A stretch of 64,000 nt of DNA from an uncultured Endomicrobiia bacterium (GTDB lineage Bacteria > Elusimicrobiota > Endomicrobiia > DTEH01), in the NCBI GenBank assembly GCA_938074745.1, contig CALJEJ010000004.1, positions 1,597 to 65,596 of the forward strand. The letters are read 5' to 3'. Each line of letters starts with the position of its first letter. Within the stretch, counting starts at the first letter, position 1. Shown one piece after another: positions 1-11,212 of this stretch. The notes under the pieces were generated by a model. The model was not told where the DNA came from and did no database searches. It saw nothing but the letters and a program-made list of their open reading frames with translations. The position numbers and the translations under genes were made by a program.

Positions 1-937
1 ATTTACTCAAATATTCTTTCACACTTTCAGCGGCAACCGCACCGTCAGAACATGCTGTAACAACTTGTTTCAAATTCCCTTTTCTACAATCGCCGGCAGC
101 AAAAATTCCTAACAGAGAACTACAAAGTTTTTCATTTACCACTATATACCCTTCGGAGTCCAGTTCTAATATATCTTTTACAAACTCTGTATTTGGTATT
201 TCACCTATAAAAACAAATATACCATCACAACAAATAGTTCTTGTTTCGCCAGAATCTACAAATTTTATTTCTACAGACTCAACTTTTTGTGAACCTATAA
301 TTTTTTGTACTACTGCAGGTGTTACAATTTCTATTTTTTTATTCTGGAACACTTGTTGTTGTAAAATTTTTGTTCCGCGGAACTCTTTTCTTCTATGGAC
401 AAGGTAGATTTTATTAACAAATTTTGCAATATACAAAGTTTCCTGCAGTGCAGTATCTCCACCACCTACTACTACTACTGTTTTATCTCTATACAATGGA
501 GCGTCACAAATACCACAGTATGAAATACCACGACCTACAAACTGTTCTTCATTTTCTATGTTCAACATTTTTGCTCTACGTCCAGTAGCAATTATTACTG
601 TTTTTGAACTTACAGGTTCGTCAGTGTTAGAAAAAAATATTTCAAACTTTGAAATGTGCGGTTGGGAAATTTTTTTTACTTCTTCAGTTATATGTTCACA
701 ACCAAACTTTATAGTTTGCGATTTCATAAGTTCTAAAAGTTCGCTACCTGAAATACCGTTAGGAAAACCCGGATAGTTTTCTATTTTGTCGGTTAATAAC
801 ACTTGAGAAGGTAAAGTGGGCGAACTTATAATCAAAGTTTTTAACATAGCACGAGAAGTATAAATCCCAGCGGTAAGTCCTGCAGGTCCACCTCCTATTA
901 TTATTACATCGTAGAAATTTTCTTTTCTCTCTGACAT
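1..937 (-). CDS. trxB: Thioredoxin-disulfide reductase (3' end at the window edge; missing from the ORF track)
   Basis: Hand translation from ATG at 937: MSERKENFYDVIIIGGGPAGLTAGIYTSRA (FAD Rossmann motif). Also GISYCGICD redox CxxC, VVVGGGDTA NADPH motif and GIFAAGDC. Frame runs to position 1. Confidence 0.93.
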   Translation of the reverse strand, partial: MSERKENFYDVIIIGGGPAGLTAGIYTSRAMLKTLIISSPTLPSQVLLTDKIENYPGFPNGISGSELLELMKSQTIKFGCEHITEEVKKISQPHISKFEIFFSNTDEPVSSKTVIIATGRRAKMLNIENEEQFVGRGISYCGICDAPLYRDKTVVVVGGGDTALQETLYIAKFVNKIYLVHRRKEFRGTKILQQQVFQNKKIEIVTPAVVQKIIGSQKVESVEIKFVDSGETRTICCDGIFVFIGEIPNTEFVKDILELDSEGYIVVNEKLCSSLLGIFAAGDCRKGNLKQVVTACSDGAVAAESVKEYLSK

Positions 938-949
938 AATACCTTAAAT

Positions 950-2251
950 CTAATTTTTTATATATTTTTGAAGAAATTTTCCTACATAAAACGTCCCTAC
1001 GAAAAATATATTATTAAAATTTTTTATATAATTCAACACTGACGATAAGTCTTCAAACTTCGCCAATTTTTCTTCAGGGAAAAATTTTTTAAATTCAGAA
1101 TATAAAACAGCAGGGTCTTGAACTCTATCTATTGGCAGACGATAAAATACGATTTTTCTTATTCTATTTTTTAGAGTTTTAAATATTCTTGCTATAGATT
1201 TATAATCTTTATCCCGCATTAAAGCAAAACATATAACTATATTATCAACTGAAGAAAGTTTTATTGTATTGACAAAATTTTTTATTGCTTGTGGGTTATG
1301 TGCAGCGTCAAGTATACAACGTATATTTTTGTTTTCATACTGAAGTATAACAGGTTGCATCCGTAACGGAATAGAAATATCAACTGCAGATTTTATTTTT
1401 TCAAAATCAAGTTTTTTTATAAAATTTTTTTGAAAAAGTTGAGTTACAATATCTATTGAAATAAGAACATTCAACGGCTGAACTATTGAACACATAGGAA
1501 TCTTAACCTGTATCGGCTGACGAGTTAAAGTAATACAATCAAACTGTGTTTCCCATCGGTGAAAATCATACTTTACATTTTTAATTCTATTTTTGTCAAC
1601 AAACCAAAGTTCAGTATTTTGTTTGTTACAAAGTTTTTTAAGATATTTTTTTACAAACTTTTTTTGTTCTGCACAGATACAAATAGAATCAGGTTTTATT
1701 ATTCCCGATTTATCTTTTAAAATTTGATATTCTGTTTTCCCTAAAACTTCAGTATGGTCTAAAGAAATACTTGTCAATACAGAAATTATACTATGTGGCA
1801 CAACGTTCGTAGCATCAAGTTTACCACCTAACCCTACCTCAAGAATACTAAAATCTGGTTGTTTCTCAGCAAAGTATAAAAACATAATACAACTGAGAAG
1901 TTCAAAATAAGTGAGGTTTAAGTTTTTGTAAGTTTTTATAGTAAATATTTGTTTTAGATATTTTTCAACCTCTTTTATTGAAATAGGGTTGTTGTTTATA
2001 CAAATTCGTTGGGTAAAATCAACAACATGTGGTGAAGTAAAACTTCCAACTGTGTAGCCTAAAGATTGAAGAATGTTTGCAGTGTAATACGCTACAGAAC
2101 CTTTCCCGTTGGTACCTGTTATATGAATAACATTTTTAAGTTTTTTATGTGGTTCGTTAAGAAAAGTTAATACTGCAGAGATATTTTCAAGAGTATAATT
2201 TTTTTTAATATACTCTTTTTTTTCTATAGATTCTAACAATTTTAACCACAT
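950..2251 (-). CDS. folC: Folylpolyglutamate synthase / dihydrofolate synthase
   Basis: IHITGTNGKGS P-loop, FTSPH, LEVGLGGKLDATNV, SISLDH and LDAAHNP motifs. Confidence 0.93.
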   Translation of the reverse strand: MWLKLLESIEKKEYIKKNYTLENISAVLTFLNEPHKKLKNVIHITGTNGKGSVAYYTANILQSLGYTVGSFTSPHVVDFTQRICINNNPISIKEVEKYLKQIFTIKTYKNLNLTYFELLSCIMFLYFAEKQPDFSILEVGLGGKLDATNVVPHSIISVLTSISLDHTEVLGKTEYQILKDKSGIIKPDSICICAEQKKFVKKYLKKLCNKQNTELWFVDKNRIKNVKYDFHRWETQFDCITLTRQPIQVKIPMCSIVQPLNVLISIDIVTQLFQKNFIKKLDFEKIKSAVDISIPLRMQPVILQYENKNIRCILDAAHNPQAIKNFVNTIKLSSVDNIVICFALMRDKDYKSIARIFKTLKNRIRKIVFYRLPIDRVQDPAVLYSEFKKFFPEEKLAKFEDLSSVLNYIKNFNNIFFVGTFYVGKFLQKYIKN

Positions 2252-2272
2252 GATTAAAAAGGTAAGAAAAAC

Positions 2273-3445
2273 TTATAAATGTCGTCGGACAATATCTATA
2301 TCTTTATCTCCCCGACCTGATAGACATATCACTACAATATTGTTTTTATGGAACCGTTTTTTATTTTTTACCACATATCCTATTGCATGAGCAGGTTCTA
2401 ACGCAGGCAAAATACCTTCCAGTTTTGACAATATTTCAAACCCTAACAACGCAGTATCGTCACTAGCAGAAACATATTCAGCACGAGAAATTGATTTATA
2501 AAAACTATGTTCAGGTCCTACTGCTGGATAATCAAGACCTGCAGAAATTGAGTAGGTAGGTTGCACCTGACCATCTTTATCCACAAGAACAAAAGTTTTC
2601 ATTCCGTGCAAGATACCTATTTTGCCTTTATGCAACGTTGCAGAATGAAGGTTAGTATTTAACCCTTTACCTGCTGCTTCCACACCTATCATTTTAACAT
2701 TTTTCTCATTAAAAAACGGGTGGAACAAACCTATTGCATTTGACCCACCACCTACACAGGAAACTAAATAGTCTGGTAAACGTTTTTCTAACTTTAAAAT
2801 TTGCCTTTTTGTTTCCCACCCTATTATTGACTGAAAATTCCGTACTATCAACGGATATGGATGTGGCCCTACTACGGAACCTATTATATAAAAAGTATTT
2901 TTAACATTTGTTACCCAATCTCGTAAACATTCGTTAATTGCATCTTTAAGTGTTTTACTACCAGTTTTTACAGGGACAACCTCCGCCCCTAAAAGTTTCA
3001 TTCGGTAAACATTTATTTGTTGTCTGTGCACATCCTCTTCTCCCATATATACCACACAACGTAAGTTAAACAACGCACAAACTGTCGCAGTAGCAACACC
3101 GTGTTGACCTGCACCTGTTTCTGCAATAACACGTTTTTTACCTATAATTTTAGCTAACAATGCTTGACCAATAGTATTGTTTATTTTATGTGCTCCTGTA
3201 TGACACAAATCTTCACGTTTAAGATAAATTTTAAACCCACAATATTCGGAAAGATTTTTTGCATAGTAGAGTGGTGTAGGCCTTCCTACATAAGTGGTAT
3301 AGTAATAGTTTAACTCGGATAAAAATTTTTTAGTCTTGTAAAATTTAAAATATACCTGTTCTAACTCTTCTAACGGGAAATACAGTGTCTCAGGAACAAA
3401 CCTACCACCAAACTGACCAAAATACCACTTGGAATTTACAGACAT
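2273..3445 (-). CDS. trpB: Tryptophan synthase beta chain (TrpB1 type)
   Basis: [24 protein letters not shown] (PLP lysine), [34 protein letters not shown]. Confidence 0.97.
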   Translation of the reverse strand: MSVNSKWYFGQFGGRFVPETLYFPLEELEQVYFKFYKTKKFLSELNYYYTTYVGRPTPLYYAKNLSEYCGFKIYLKREDLCHTGAHKINNTIGQALLAKIIGKKRVIAETGAGQHGVATATVCALFNLRCVVYMGEEDVHRQQINVYRMKLLGAEVVPVKTGSKTLKDAINECLRDWVTNVKNTFYIIGSVVGPHPYPLIVRNFQSIIGWETKRQILKLEKRLPDYLVSCVGGGSNAIGLFHPFFNEKNVKMIGVEAAGKGLNTNLHSATLHKGKIGILHGMKTFVLVDKDGQVQPTYSISAGLDYPAVGPEHSFYKSISRAEYVSASDDTALLGFEILSKLEGILPALEPAHAIGYVVKNKKRFHKNNIVVICLSGRGDKDIDIVRRHL

Positions 3446-3449
3446 AATA

Positions 3450-4892
3450 TTACAAAACTGTTCTAACGATAAGAAACGATTTTTTCCCAGAGGTTATTTT
3501 TATTTCTGGTATAATTTTTTTTACTACAACTTGGTTATTTCTGTCAACAAACTTTATTTCTAACCTATAATTGTTAGGTTCAAGTTCTTTCATAGCAAAA
3601 GAAATATATTTTGGTAACAATCTCCAAGAACGTTTATCTGCTTTTTCTGTAGCAGCAGCGGTTATTTGCAACGCTTTTTTAGCTAACCATCCTGTAAACT
3701 CATCCGTATTTTTCTGTACTCGTTGTGAAACAGCATGTGTTAGAACATATTTCACTGCAGCACGTGCTATGGTTTTGGCACGAATCCTTGCAATTCTATC
3801 ATCTAAACATTTTCTTGCAATAGTGTCTATATCTTCAACTAAAAAAGTTTTTGTTGAAGCAACTTTTTCGTTTTTATTGTTAAATATCTCTATTTCTGCA
3901 GACTCAATCTGGTTTGGAACAGATTCATATTTTGGAAATGCTACTACTATTTGTTCATTGGAAGCAATACTTCTTGCAAGCCGTCTTGCATTTTGTACAT
4001 CAGCTTCTTCATCTTTTGAAACTTTCATACTTCCCACATACGCCCAACCTTCACCAAACGAAATTTCAATAAAATGGTCTACCTTGTACGGAGCAAAACC
4101 GTTGTAATGAATCACTACAAGTTCACCAAATTTATTTCTCTGAGAAACTAAATTTTGATAATCCAGATTTTCCAACTGACTTTTGAACTTATTTGAAATT
4201 TCTTTTATCTCATCTTTAAATCCTAAATAATTGGCAAGTTTTAACATTCTTATAATTAAATCTTTAGGTGTAGAAAATTGATAAATTTTATTGTTCGTGG
4301 TATATATATCTAACGATTGTCTTAAAGACACAAACGCATTGTTAATTTCATTCTGCGATTCATAGATTAAACCTGTAAGATATTTCATAAACGCATCTTC
4401 TTTATACACATTTTTATGTCCATAGTTAACCTCCAACGTCCTAAGTTTATGGTCAACTTTTCGTGCTTCTACGAGCGCATCTTCGTATTTTCTAAGAAGT
4501 AAATAATTTAACGACTGAAATACATTTATAAACACTCGTTCAAAATCTTCCCCATAAAACGATTTCGCATAATCAGAAGTAAGAAAACTTGCTGCTTCTT
4601 CAGAAATACTTTTTGTAAACAATTCTTCAGCAAGTTTTTCTGCACGTTCAAACGCTGAAATTGAAGTTTCATAATCTTGAGCATAATGTGCAATTATACC
4701 TTTGTCCATCCAGTATAACAAAGCATTCTTTTCTCCATACTCTACCATTTTTTTTTCTTCCACTAACGAACTTGCTTTGGCATAATCTTCAGAACCTATT
4801 AATCTTCTAAGAGTGTCATAATAAGTAAACTGTGTTGCACAACTGAAAATAAAAATAACTACTAATAAAACTGCTATAAGAGTTCTGTTCAT
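3450..4892 (-). CDS. COG3014-like TPR lipoprotein
   Basis: Lipobox [18 protein letters not shown] and C-terminal [12 protein letters not shown] resemble the COG3014 family. Adjacent to an LpoB-like gene, as is usual for this family. Confidence 0.7.
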   Translation of the reverse strand: MNRTLIAVLLVVIFIFSCATQFTYYDTLRRLIGSEDYAKASSLVEEKKMVEYGEKNALLYWMDKGIIAHYAQDYETSISAFERAEKLAEELFTKSISEEAASFLTSDYAKSFYGEDFERVFINVFQSLNYLLLRKYEDALVEARKVDHKLRTLEVNYGHKNVYKEDAFMKYLTGLIYESQNEINNAFVSLRQSLDIYTTNNKIYQFSTPKDLIIRMLKLANYLGFKDEIKEISNKFKSQLENLDYQNLVSQRNKFGELVVIHYNGFAPYKVDHFIEISFGEGWAYVGSMKVSKDEEADVQNARRLARSIASNEQIVVAFPKYESVPNQIESAEIEIFNNKNEKVASTKTFLVEDIDTIARKCLDDRIARIRAKTIARAAVKYVLTHAVSQRVQKNTDEFTGWLAKKALQITAAATEKADKRSWRLLPKYISFAMKELEPNNYRLEIKFVDRNNQVVVKKIIPEIKITSGKKSFLIVRTVL

Positions 4893-4923
4893 TTTATTAC
4901 ATTTCTATACAGTGCTAATTTTT

Positions 4924-5544
4924 TTAAAACCTTGTTTTAGGCCGTTGGACTACTTTTTTAATTTTTTTCTGGCCAATCCACACTTTTTCGTGTGAACGAA
5001 TATCTATTAGTTCAAGTTCTACTTGATAATATTTAACCAAAGTATTACCTGCTTCGTCAAGTATAGTATTTATCTGCCCTTTTAACATAAAATCTGCACC
5101 TGTCTCTTTTCTAAGCGGTTTTGCAGTTGTTTCTTCTGCATGAGCCATTTGGTCAAGTTTTTCTTCACGAATTTCTTCCCTTTGTTCTTTAGAAGCTACA
5201 AATTTTACTTTACCTGAGTTTATAAGTTCTCGTTCAAGATCTTTTACAAAAGTTTCAGTATTAATGTGTTCATGAGATTTATTACTTATAGTTCCAACAA
5301 TAATAACAGGTTTTCTATTTTTCTCAGCCAAAAATTCTTCTAACCATCCACGAGATAATACATCATTAATCATTTCCGAAGCAACAAGCCGTGAGTCAGT
5401 GTCGTTCCAATATCCGCTGAGGTCAATCTGTTCTTCTACACCTATACGTGTTACTTTAGGTGTAGTGGAACAACCTGTAAAAAGTAACACTATACTACTA
5501 AGTATAAACGAGTAGGTTATTATTTGTTTCATTACATCTTTCAT
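4924..5544 (-). CDS. Penicillin-binding protein activator LpoB-like lipoprotein (CsgG/LpoB fold)
   Basis: Lipobox FTGC; DLSGYWNDTD, NKSHEHI, LINSGKVKFV, GADFML, KVWIGQKKIKK; GGAGGGG Shine-Dalgarno upstream. Confidence 0.8.
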   Translation of the reverse strand: MKDVMKQIITYSFILSSIVLLFTGCSTTPKVTRIGVEEQIDLSGYWNDTDSRLVASEMINDVLSRGWLEEFLAEKNRKPVIIVGTISNKSHEHINTETFVKDLERELINSGKVKFVASKEQREEIREEKLDQMAHAEETTAKPLRKETGADFMLKGQINTILDEAGNTLVKYYQVELELIDIRSHEKVWIGQKKIKKVVQRPKTRF

Positions 5545-5598
5545 AATTTTTACCCCTCCTTTAGATGTGTAATAATGTCCTTTTTTATTTTTACCACT

Positions 5599-5670
5599 TG
5601 GCCACTGCAGGATTTGAACCTGCGACCCCCCGCATGTGAAACGGGTGCTCTACCTCTGAGCCAAGTGGCC
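5599..5670 (-). tRNA. tRNA-Val (anticodon CAC)
   Basis: Cloverleaf: acceptor GGCCACT/AGTGGCC, D-arm GCTC/GAGC, anticodon arm CCCGT-TTCACAT-GCGGG, T-arm GCAGG-TTCAAAT-CCTGC, discriminator A. CCA not encoded. Confidence 0.95.
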
Positions 5671-6714
5671 CTATTTTTTTATTGATTTGATTTCTTTCTC
5701 TAACAACTCGAGTTTTTGTTCTAACAACTTTACTTTTTTTACCATTTCAGGTAGTTTACGAAGAGATAAAAAAATTTTTTTCTGTTGAGTTAACGGTCCT
5801 GCAGGCATACCCCAAATTATAGAATTGTCAGGAACATCTTCAAGTATACCTGTTCTTGCTGCTGCGGTAACATTGTCGCCAATCTTAAGTCCGTTGATAA
5901 CACCTGTCTGGCCTGAAAAAATTGCGTGTTTGCCTATTTTTGTACTACCACCAATTGTAACATGTGCTAACAATATTGAGTTTTCACCAATAGTAACATT
6001 GTGTGCTATATGGACAAGATTATCTATCTTTGTACCTTTACCAATAAGTGTTATACCAACAGTTGCTCTGTCTATTGCAACATTAGCACCAATTTCCACG
6101 TCGTCTTCTATAATCACTTTACCTACTTGAGGTATTTTTATATACTTTTGTGCCTCAGGTAAAAATCCGAACCCGTCACTACCAATAACACTCCCACAAT
6201 GAATTATGACATTGTTGCCAATAACAGTATCTTCCCTGATAGATACGTTAGGGTAGATAAAAGTATTATTACCAATTTTAACATTGTCACCAATATAAAC
6301 ATTACAACATATTACTGTATTATCACCTAAAACAACATTGTCACCAACAACTGTATACGCTCCTATAGAAACATCTTTACCCAACTGAACATTTTTACCT
6401 AAAATTGCAGTTTTATGTATACCACGATAAAAAGTTCGTTTCTCCAAATAAATTATATTTAAAATTTTAACAAACGAAAGGTACGGGTTGGGAACTTCTA
6501 TAGTAGCAACTGGCAATTTCCCTGTCCCTAAAGGAACAATTACACCAGAGGCTTTGGTGGTATAAACTTTTTCTTTAAACCGTTCATCTTTTATAAAACT
6601 AAGCTCGCCTGGTTGGGCTAATTCAATATCGCCCACGCCTGTAATAACAATGTTACCATCGCCAATAAGTTTACCTTCAACTATTTGAGATATTTCTTGT
6701 AACGTAATTTTCAT
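5671..6714 (-). CDS. lpxD: UDP-3-O-(3-hydroxymyristoyl)glucosamine N-acyltransferase
   Basis: Hexapeptide repeats; IGSDGFGF, KIPQVGKV, IDRAT, KIDNLVHIAHNV. Confidence 0.96.
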   Translation of the reverse strand: MKITLQEISQIVEGKLIGDGNIVITGVGDIELAQPGELSFIKDERFKEKVYTTKASGVIVPLGTGKLPVATIEVPNPYLSFVKILNIIYLEKRTFYRGIHKTAILGKNVQLGKDVSIGAYTVVGDNVVLGDNTVICCNVYIGDNVKIGNNTFIYPNVSIREDTVIGNNVIIHCGSVIGSDGFGFLPEAQKYIKIPQVGKVIIEDDVEIGANVAIDRATVGITLIGKGTKIDNLVHIAHNVTIGENSILLAHVTIGGSTKIGKHAIFSGQTGVINGLKIGDNVTAAARTGILEDVPDNSIIWGMPAGPLTQQKKIFLSLRKLPEMVKKVKLLEQKLELLEKEIKSIKK

Positions 6715-6788
6715 TCAATATAAAAAATTGCTGAAGTATGGATTGTTCTTTACGAAGAGAGACGTATATAAAATAACTGAATCTTGAA

Positions 6789-7181
6789 TTACCGTTTTGT
6801 CCATTGGAACTTTTTTCTTGCTTTTGGTTGACCGGATTTCTTACGTTCTACCATTCTTGGGTCTCGTTTCAACATTCCATTTTTTTTCAATATAGATTTT
6901 AGTTCTTGACGGTACTTTACAAGCGCTCTGGCAATTGCAAGTTTTATAGCATCGGCTTGGCCTGTAATTCCTCCACCATTAACTTTTACTTCAATATCCA
7001 GTTTATCCTTCAAATTTGTAATTGTAAGAGGAGACACTGCAGAAATTTTTTGAACAATATTCCCACCAAAGAAGTCATCTATACTCCTTCCATTTATTGA
7101 AATTTTCCCACTGCCTTCTTTTAATGAAACAACTGCAATTGAAGTTTTTCTTCTACCTAACCCAGTATAAACGTTTTCCAT
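6789..7181 (-). CDS. rpsI: 30S ribosomal protein S9
   Basis: GLGRRKTS, GGGITGQADAI, RDPRMVERKK, QWTKR. Confidence 0.98.
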   Translation of the reverse strand: MENVYTGLGRRKTSIAVVSLKEGSGKISINGRSIDDFFGGNIVQKISAVSPLTITNLKDKLDIEVKVNGGGITGQADAIKLAIARALVKYRQELKSILKKNGMLKRDPRMVERKKSGQPKARKKFQWTKR

Positions 7182-7208
7182 ATTTTCATCCTCCTGAAAA
7201 ACTCTGTT

Positions 7209-7658
7209 TTAGATTTCTTTTTTTATAATATCTTTAACAGGACATTTATACTCGCTGTTGATAAAAATTTTTAACCGTTTAATCATTTTTGCCCGAAGTT
7301 TGTTTTTCGGTAACATACCTTTTACTGCTTCTTTTAATACAAAATCTGCTTTTTGAGGTAAAAGTTTTTTATATGGGATAAACTTTGCGTTACCTAAAAA
7401 ACCTGAGTGTTTAAAATACATTTTTTGTTCCAATTTTTTCCCCGTAAGAAGAATTTTACCTGCGTTTATCGCTATTACAAAATCGCCACAGTCTCTATCA
7501 TGAGAGTAATATGGTTTGTTTTTTCCCATAAGCAACTGAGAAATTATACTCGCAACTCTACCTAAAGGTTTCCCTGCAACATCTATTAAGTACCATTTGC
7601 GGTCAATAGGATAATTAAATTTTGTAACTTTTGCAATAGATGGTAAGATTTTAGTCAT
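7209..7658 (-). CDS. rplM: 50S ribosomal protein L13
   Basis: RKWYLIDV, LGRVAS, LMGKNKP, DCGDFVI, VKGMLPKN; directly upstream of rpsI. Confidence 0.97.
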   Translation of the reverse strand: MTKILPSIAKVTKFNYPIDRKWYLIDVAGKPLGRVASIISQLLMGKNKPYYSHDRDCGDFVIAINAGKILLTGKKLEQKMYFKHSGFLGNAKFIPYKKLLPQKADFVLKEAVKGMLPKNKLRAKMIKRLKIFINSEYKCPVKDIIKKEI

Positions 7659-7696
7659 ACTGTTTGTCTCCTTCCTGCTAATAAGATTTATTGGGT

Positions 7697-7725
7697 ATGA
7701 TATAATAAAAAAATTTATTTTTCAA
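7697..7725 (-). promoter_or_regulatory. Putative sigma70 promoter of rplM-rpsI
   Basis: TTGAAA (7725-7720), 17-nt spacer, TATCAT (7702-7697). Confidence 0.5.
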
Positions 7726-8321
7726 CAATCAGACTCTATTTTTTTTATTATCTTTTCTACTTTCTTTTTTAAATCTGAAATTGTGAGGTTGCTGTTGTTA
7801 ATAACATAATCAGAACGCGCAATTTTATATTTTATTGGAAACTGACGAGATAACAAAAATTTTATTTCTTGCAAATTTATCCCGCGAGAAAGAAGTCGTT
7901 GAGCTTGTATTTTTCTTGTACAATATACAGTAAGCACAAAATCAAATTTTTTTTCCAAATGTTTTTCATATAATAAAGGAATATCTACCGCAACTATCTT
8001 GACACCCTTAGTTTTGTATTTGTTTAACTGTTTATATACATAACCTAAAATTTCTGGATGAACAATCTTTTCAACTGTTAGCAATTTAGCAGGATTATTT
8101 TTTAACCAATCTCTGAGTTTTTTAGTATCTACAAACCCTTCTTTTGAAAGAATCGTATCGGTCAACTCATTGGCCAATTTTTTACTAATTGATTTTTTTG
8201 TTTTCAACAAGTTGTGATATACCGTATCACAGCATATCACTGGTATCCCTAAAGATTTTATTATGTTTAACACAGTAGTTTTACCACCTGCAATATTACC
8301 AGTAACAGCTATTGTTTTCAT
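7722..8321 (-). CDS. coaE: Dephospho-CoA kinase
   Basis: IAVTGNIAGGKTT, IVHPEI, DIPLLYE, DYVINN. Start moved to ATG 8321 to avoid overlap with polA. polA-coaE synteny is common. Confidence 0.92.
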   Translation of the reverse strand: MKTIAVTGNIAGGKTTVLNIIKSLGIPVICCDTVYHNLLKTKKSISKKLANELTDTILSKEGFVDTKKLRDWLKNNPAKLLTVEKIVHPEILGYVYKQLNKYKTKGVKIVAVDIPLLYEKHLEKKFDFVLTVYCTRKIQAQRLLSRGINLQEIKFLLSRQFPIKYKIARSDYVINNSNLTISDLKKKVEKIIKKIESDC

Positions 8322-8326
8322 AATTA

Positions 8327-11176
8327 TTATCCCTCGGCCCAACGAGTCATAACAGTTACGTCAACAACTAACGGAACTTCAAGAGGTACTACTGTCTGCA
8401 TAATATTTTTAATTTTTGGAACTACTTCTTCTATAATCTCGTTTTTAATTTCAAATATAAGTTCATCGTGGATTTGTAACAACAATCGTACATCAGTATA
8501 ATTATACTCTTTAGAAATTAAATTATCAATTTTTATCATAGCAAGTTTTATAATATCAGCAGCAGTACCTTGAATAGTAGTATTCACAGCAATTCGTTCA
8601 GCATAGTGTTTTAACGCTTTATTATCAGAAAGAATCATTGGAACAAGACGAATTCTATTAAACATTGTCCTTACAAAACGGTTTGTTCGGGCAAAATTTA
8701 TTGTTTGTTCAATCCATTGTTTTACTTGCGAATAAGTAGTAAAATATTTATCAATATATTCCTGTGCTGTGGTAGAATCTACACCAAGTTCTTTAGCCAA
8801 CATAGCTGCTGTAATACCGTAAATAATACCAAAATTTATTGTTTTACCTATACGACGTATATCAGAAGTAACTGTCACTTCGTTATTTTGAGATTTCAAA
8901 TTTAACACTTCAATTGCAGTCATTGTGTGAATATCCTTGTTTTCCATAAACGCAGAAATTAAATTTTTATCTTTTGAAAAATGTGCAAGGATACGTAACT
9001 CTATTTGCGAATAATCAAAACTCACAAGTTTATACCCATCTTCAGCAATAAACATATTTCGTATTTTTTTACCAAGTTCGGTTTTTACAGGTATGTTCTG
9101 CAAATTAGGGTTTTCCGAAGATAACCTACCTGTAGAAGTGCCTGTAAGATTGTAGGTCGTGTGAACTCTATTATCTACGGGATTAATATGTTGAGTTATA
9201 GGGTCAATATACGTATTTTTAAGTTTCCCTGCTTCTCTATATTCTAGTAATAAAGGAATAATAGGATGAAGATTATACAATGTATGCAAAACTTCCTCTT
9301 CAGTAGAATATCCTGTTTTTTTCTTTTTTATTTTTGGTAAACCTAATTTCTCAAATAACAAAAATGATAATTGTTTAGGTGAATTAAGATTTATTTCTAA
9401 CCCAGCAATATCAAAAATTTTTCTTTTTAGTAAAGAAATTTTTTGTTCTATTTCTTCTTTTAATGTTTTAAGATATTGAAGGTCTACCATAATACCCGTA
9501 TGTTCCATTCGCGCTATTACAGTTATTAATTTTGACTCTATTTCAGTATATAACTGCATTAACCCTTTTTGGTTAAGTTCATGCTCAATCTGTTGCCATG
9601 CAAGATAAATTTTTTCTATTGTAGTTAAAATTCTAAACATAAATTTTTCTATAGGAAAAATTGAAATATCTATATCTTCTGGAAAAACAATTTCAGCAAC
9701 AAATTCTTGTTTTAAATATCTATTTACAATTGAATTAAGTGTATAATCTTTCCTATCAGGGTCTAACAAATAATCACCAATACAAATATCAAACAATTGT
9801 GCCGCAGATAAATTTATAATCTGTGGTAGCATATCGTACAAAATTTTTAATTGGTATTTAAAATTATAACTAACAAGTTTAAGTTTGTCATTTTTTAACA
9901 GAAGATTAATAAACTGTACAAACTCAGACTTTTCTAAAATCGTGATTTGTTTATTTTCTAAACTTTTATGTTGAACCAAAGGAATATAAAATCGTAACCC
10001 ATTTTCTAAAACATTATCTTTTTGAGATGAAGTTTTTTTAATCAATATACCAGCTATACCTAAAATTTTATTTTTATCTGAGGTAACTAATGAAAAAGAC
10101 ATCTCTTCATAGGTGGACATTTTTGAGATTAACTCATGAAATTTTCTAGTTGTAGTAATCAACATAGAATTTTCTTTTATAGACAAATCTGTTTCATAAA
10201 TATCTACTTTAGAAATTGTTGGTTTATACGAAAAATCTAAACCTAACTGGAGGACATCTTTGTCTACAAACTTTTTTATGTGCGATTTGTCTTTAGTAAT
10301 TTCTGCAATTATAGATTTCATTTCATATTTATTCAAAAATTCTATAAGTTCTTGTTTGGAGTAATTTCTAAGTTTAAAATCTTCAATATTACATTGTTGT
10401 AACTCTTTTATATCACTACAAAGAACTATTAGTTGTTTACTTCTATATGCATTCTCTTTACCATTAATTAACTTTTCTTTTGTTTTAGAGTCAAGTTTGT
10501 CCAAATTTGCATAAATGTTATCTAAATCGCCAAACTCGCTTACAATACGTTGTGCTGTTTTCTCTCCTATACCATAAACCCCAACTATATTATCCGATTT
10601 GTCCCCTAATAAAGAAAAATAATCTACTAATAAACTCGGTGGGACACCATATCTCTGTTTAACTTGAATCTCGTCATACCACACATCTTTATGTTCATTA
10701 TAAACAATAATGTTTTTATCCACAATCTGAAGTATATCCTTATCTCCACTAATAATAATTATCTTATACCCTTCAGAAGAAAATTTTTTTGCTAAACTGC
10801 TTATAACATCGTCTGCTTCGTATGAATCAATAGTTATATGTTTGATATTAAGAATATTTACAAATTCATGCACAATAGGAATTTGTATCTTAAGTTCATC
10901 ATCTAACTTTTTTCTTGTAGCCTTGTAATCAGAAAAAATCTTATGTCTAAAAGTAGGTTTTGAACTGTCAAAACAGATACCTAAATATTTGGGATTAAAA
11001 GTTTTTATTATTTTTAATATCATACGGACAAACCCAAACACTGCATTTGTTGGCAACCCTGAAGTCGTGGTTAACAAAGGAATTGCATGATATGCACGAT
11101 GAATATACGCATTACCATCAACAAAAAATATCGTTTTGTTGACGTCAATATTAATCGTTTTAGAATTTATGGACAT
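8327..11176 (-). CDS. polA: DNA polymerase I
   Basis: 5'-3' exonuclease (VDGNAYIHRAYHA, YEADD, GDKSDN), motif A DYSQIELR, motif B KTINFGIIYG, motif C QIHDEL. Confidence 0.97.
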   Translation of the reverse strand: MSINSKTINIDVNKTIFFVDGNAYIHRAYHAIPLLTTTSGLPTNAVFGFVRMILKIIKTFNPKYLGICFDSSKPTFRHKIFSDYKATRKKLDDELKIQIPIVHEFVNILNIKHITIDSYEADDVISSLAKKFSSEGYKIIIISGDKDILQIVDKNIIVYNEHKDVWYDEIQVKQRYGVPPSLLVDYFSLLGDKSDNIVGVYGIGEKTAQRIVSEFGDLDNIYANLDKLDSKTKEKLINGKENAYRSKQLIVLCSDIKELQQCNIEDFKLRNYSKQELIEFLNKYEMKSIIAEITKDKSHIKKFVDKDVLQLGLDFSYKPTISKVDIYETDLSIKENSMLITTTRKFHELISKMSTYEEMSFSLVTSDKNKILGIAGILIKKTSSQKDNVLENGLRFYIPLVQHKSLENKQITILEKSEFVQFINLLLKNDKLKLVSYNFKYQLKILYDMLPQIINLSAAQLFDICIGDYLLDPDRKDYTLNSIVNRYLKQEFVAEIVFPEDIDISIFPIEKFMFRILTTIEKIYLAWQQIEHELNQKGLMQLYTEIESKLITVIARMEHTGIMVDLQYLKTLKEEIEQKISLLKRKIFDIAGLEINLNSPKQLSFLLFEKLGLPKIKKKKTGYSTEEEVLHTLYNLHPIIPLLLEYREAGKLKNTYIDPITQHINPVDNRVHTTYNLTGTSTGRLSSENPNLQNIPVKTELGKKIRNMFIAEDGYKLVSFDYSQIELRILAHFSKDKNLISAFMENKDIHTMTAIEVLNLKSQNNEVTVTSDIRRIGKTINFGIIYGITAAMLAKELGVDSTTAQEYIDKYFTTYSQVKQWIEQTINFARTNRFVRTMFNRIRLVPMILSDNKALKHYAERIAVNTTIQGTAADIIKLAMIKIDNLISKEYNYTDVRLLLQIHDELIFEIKNEIIEEVVPKIKNIMQTVVPLEVPLVVDVTVMTRWAEG

Positions 11177-11212
11177 ATACTTGTATCCAAAAATGGATAG
11201 TTTTAATAAAGA

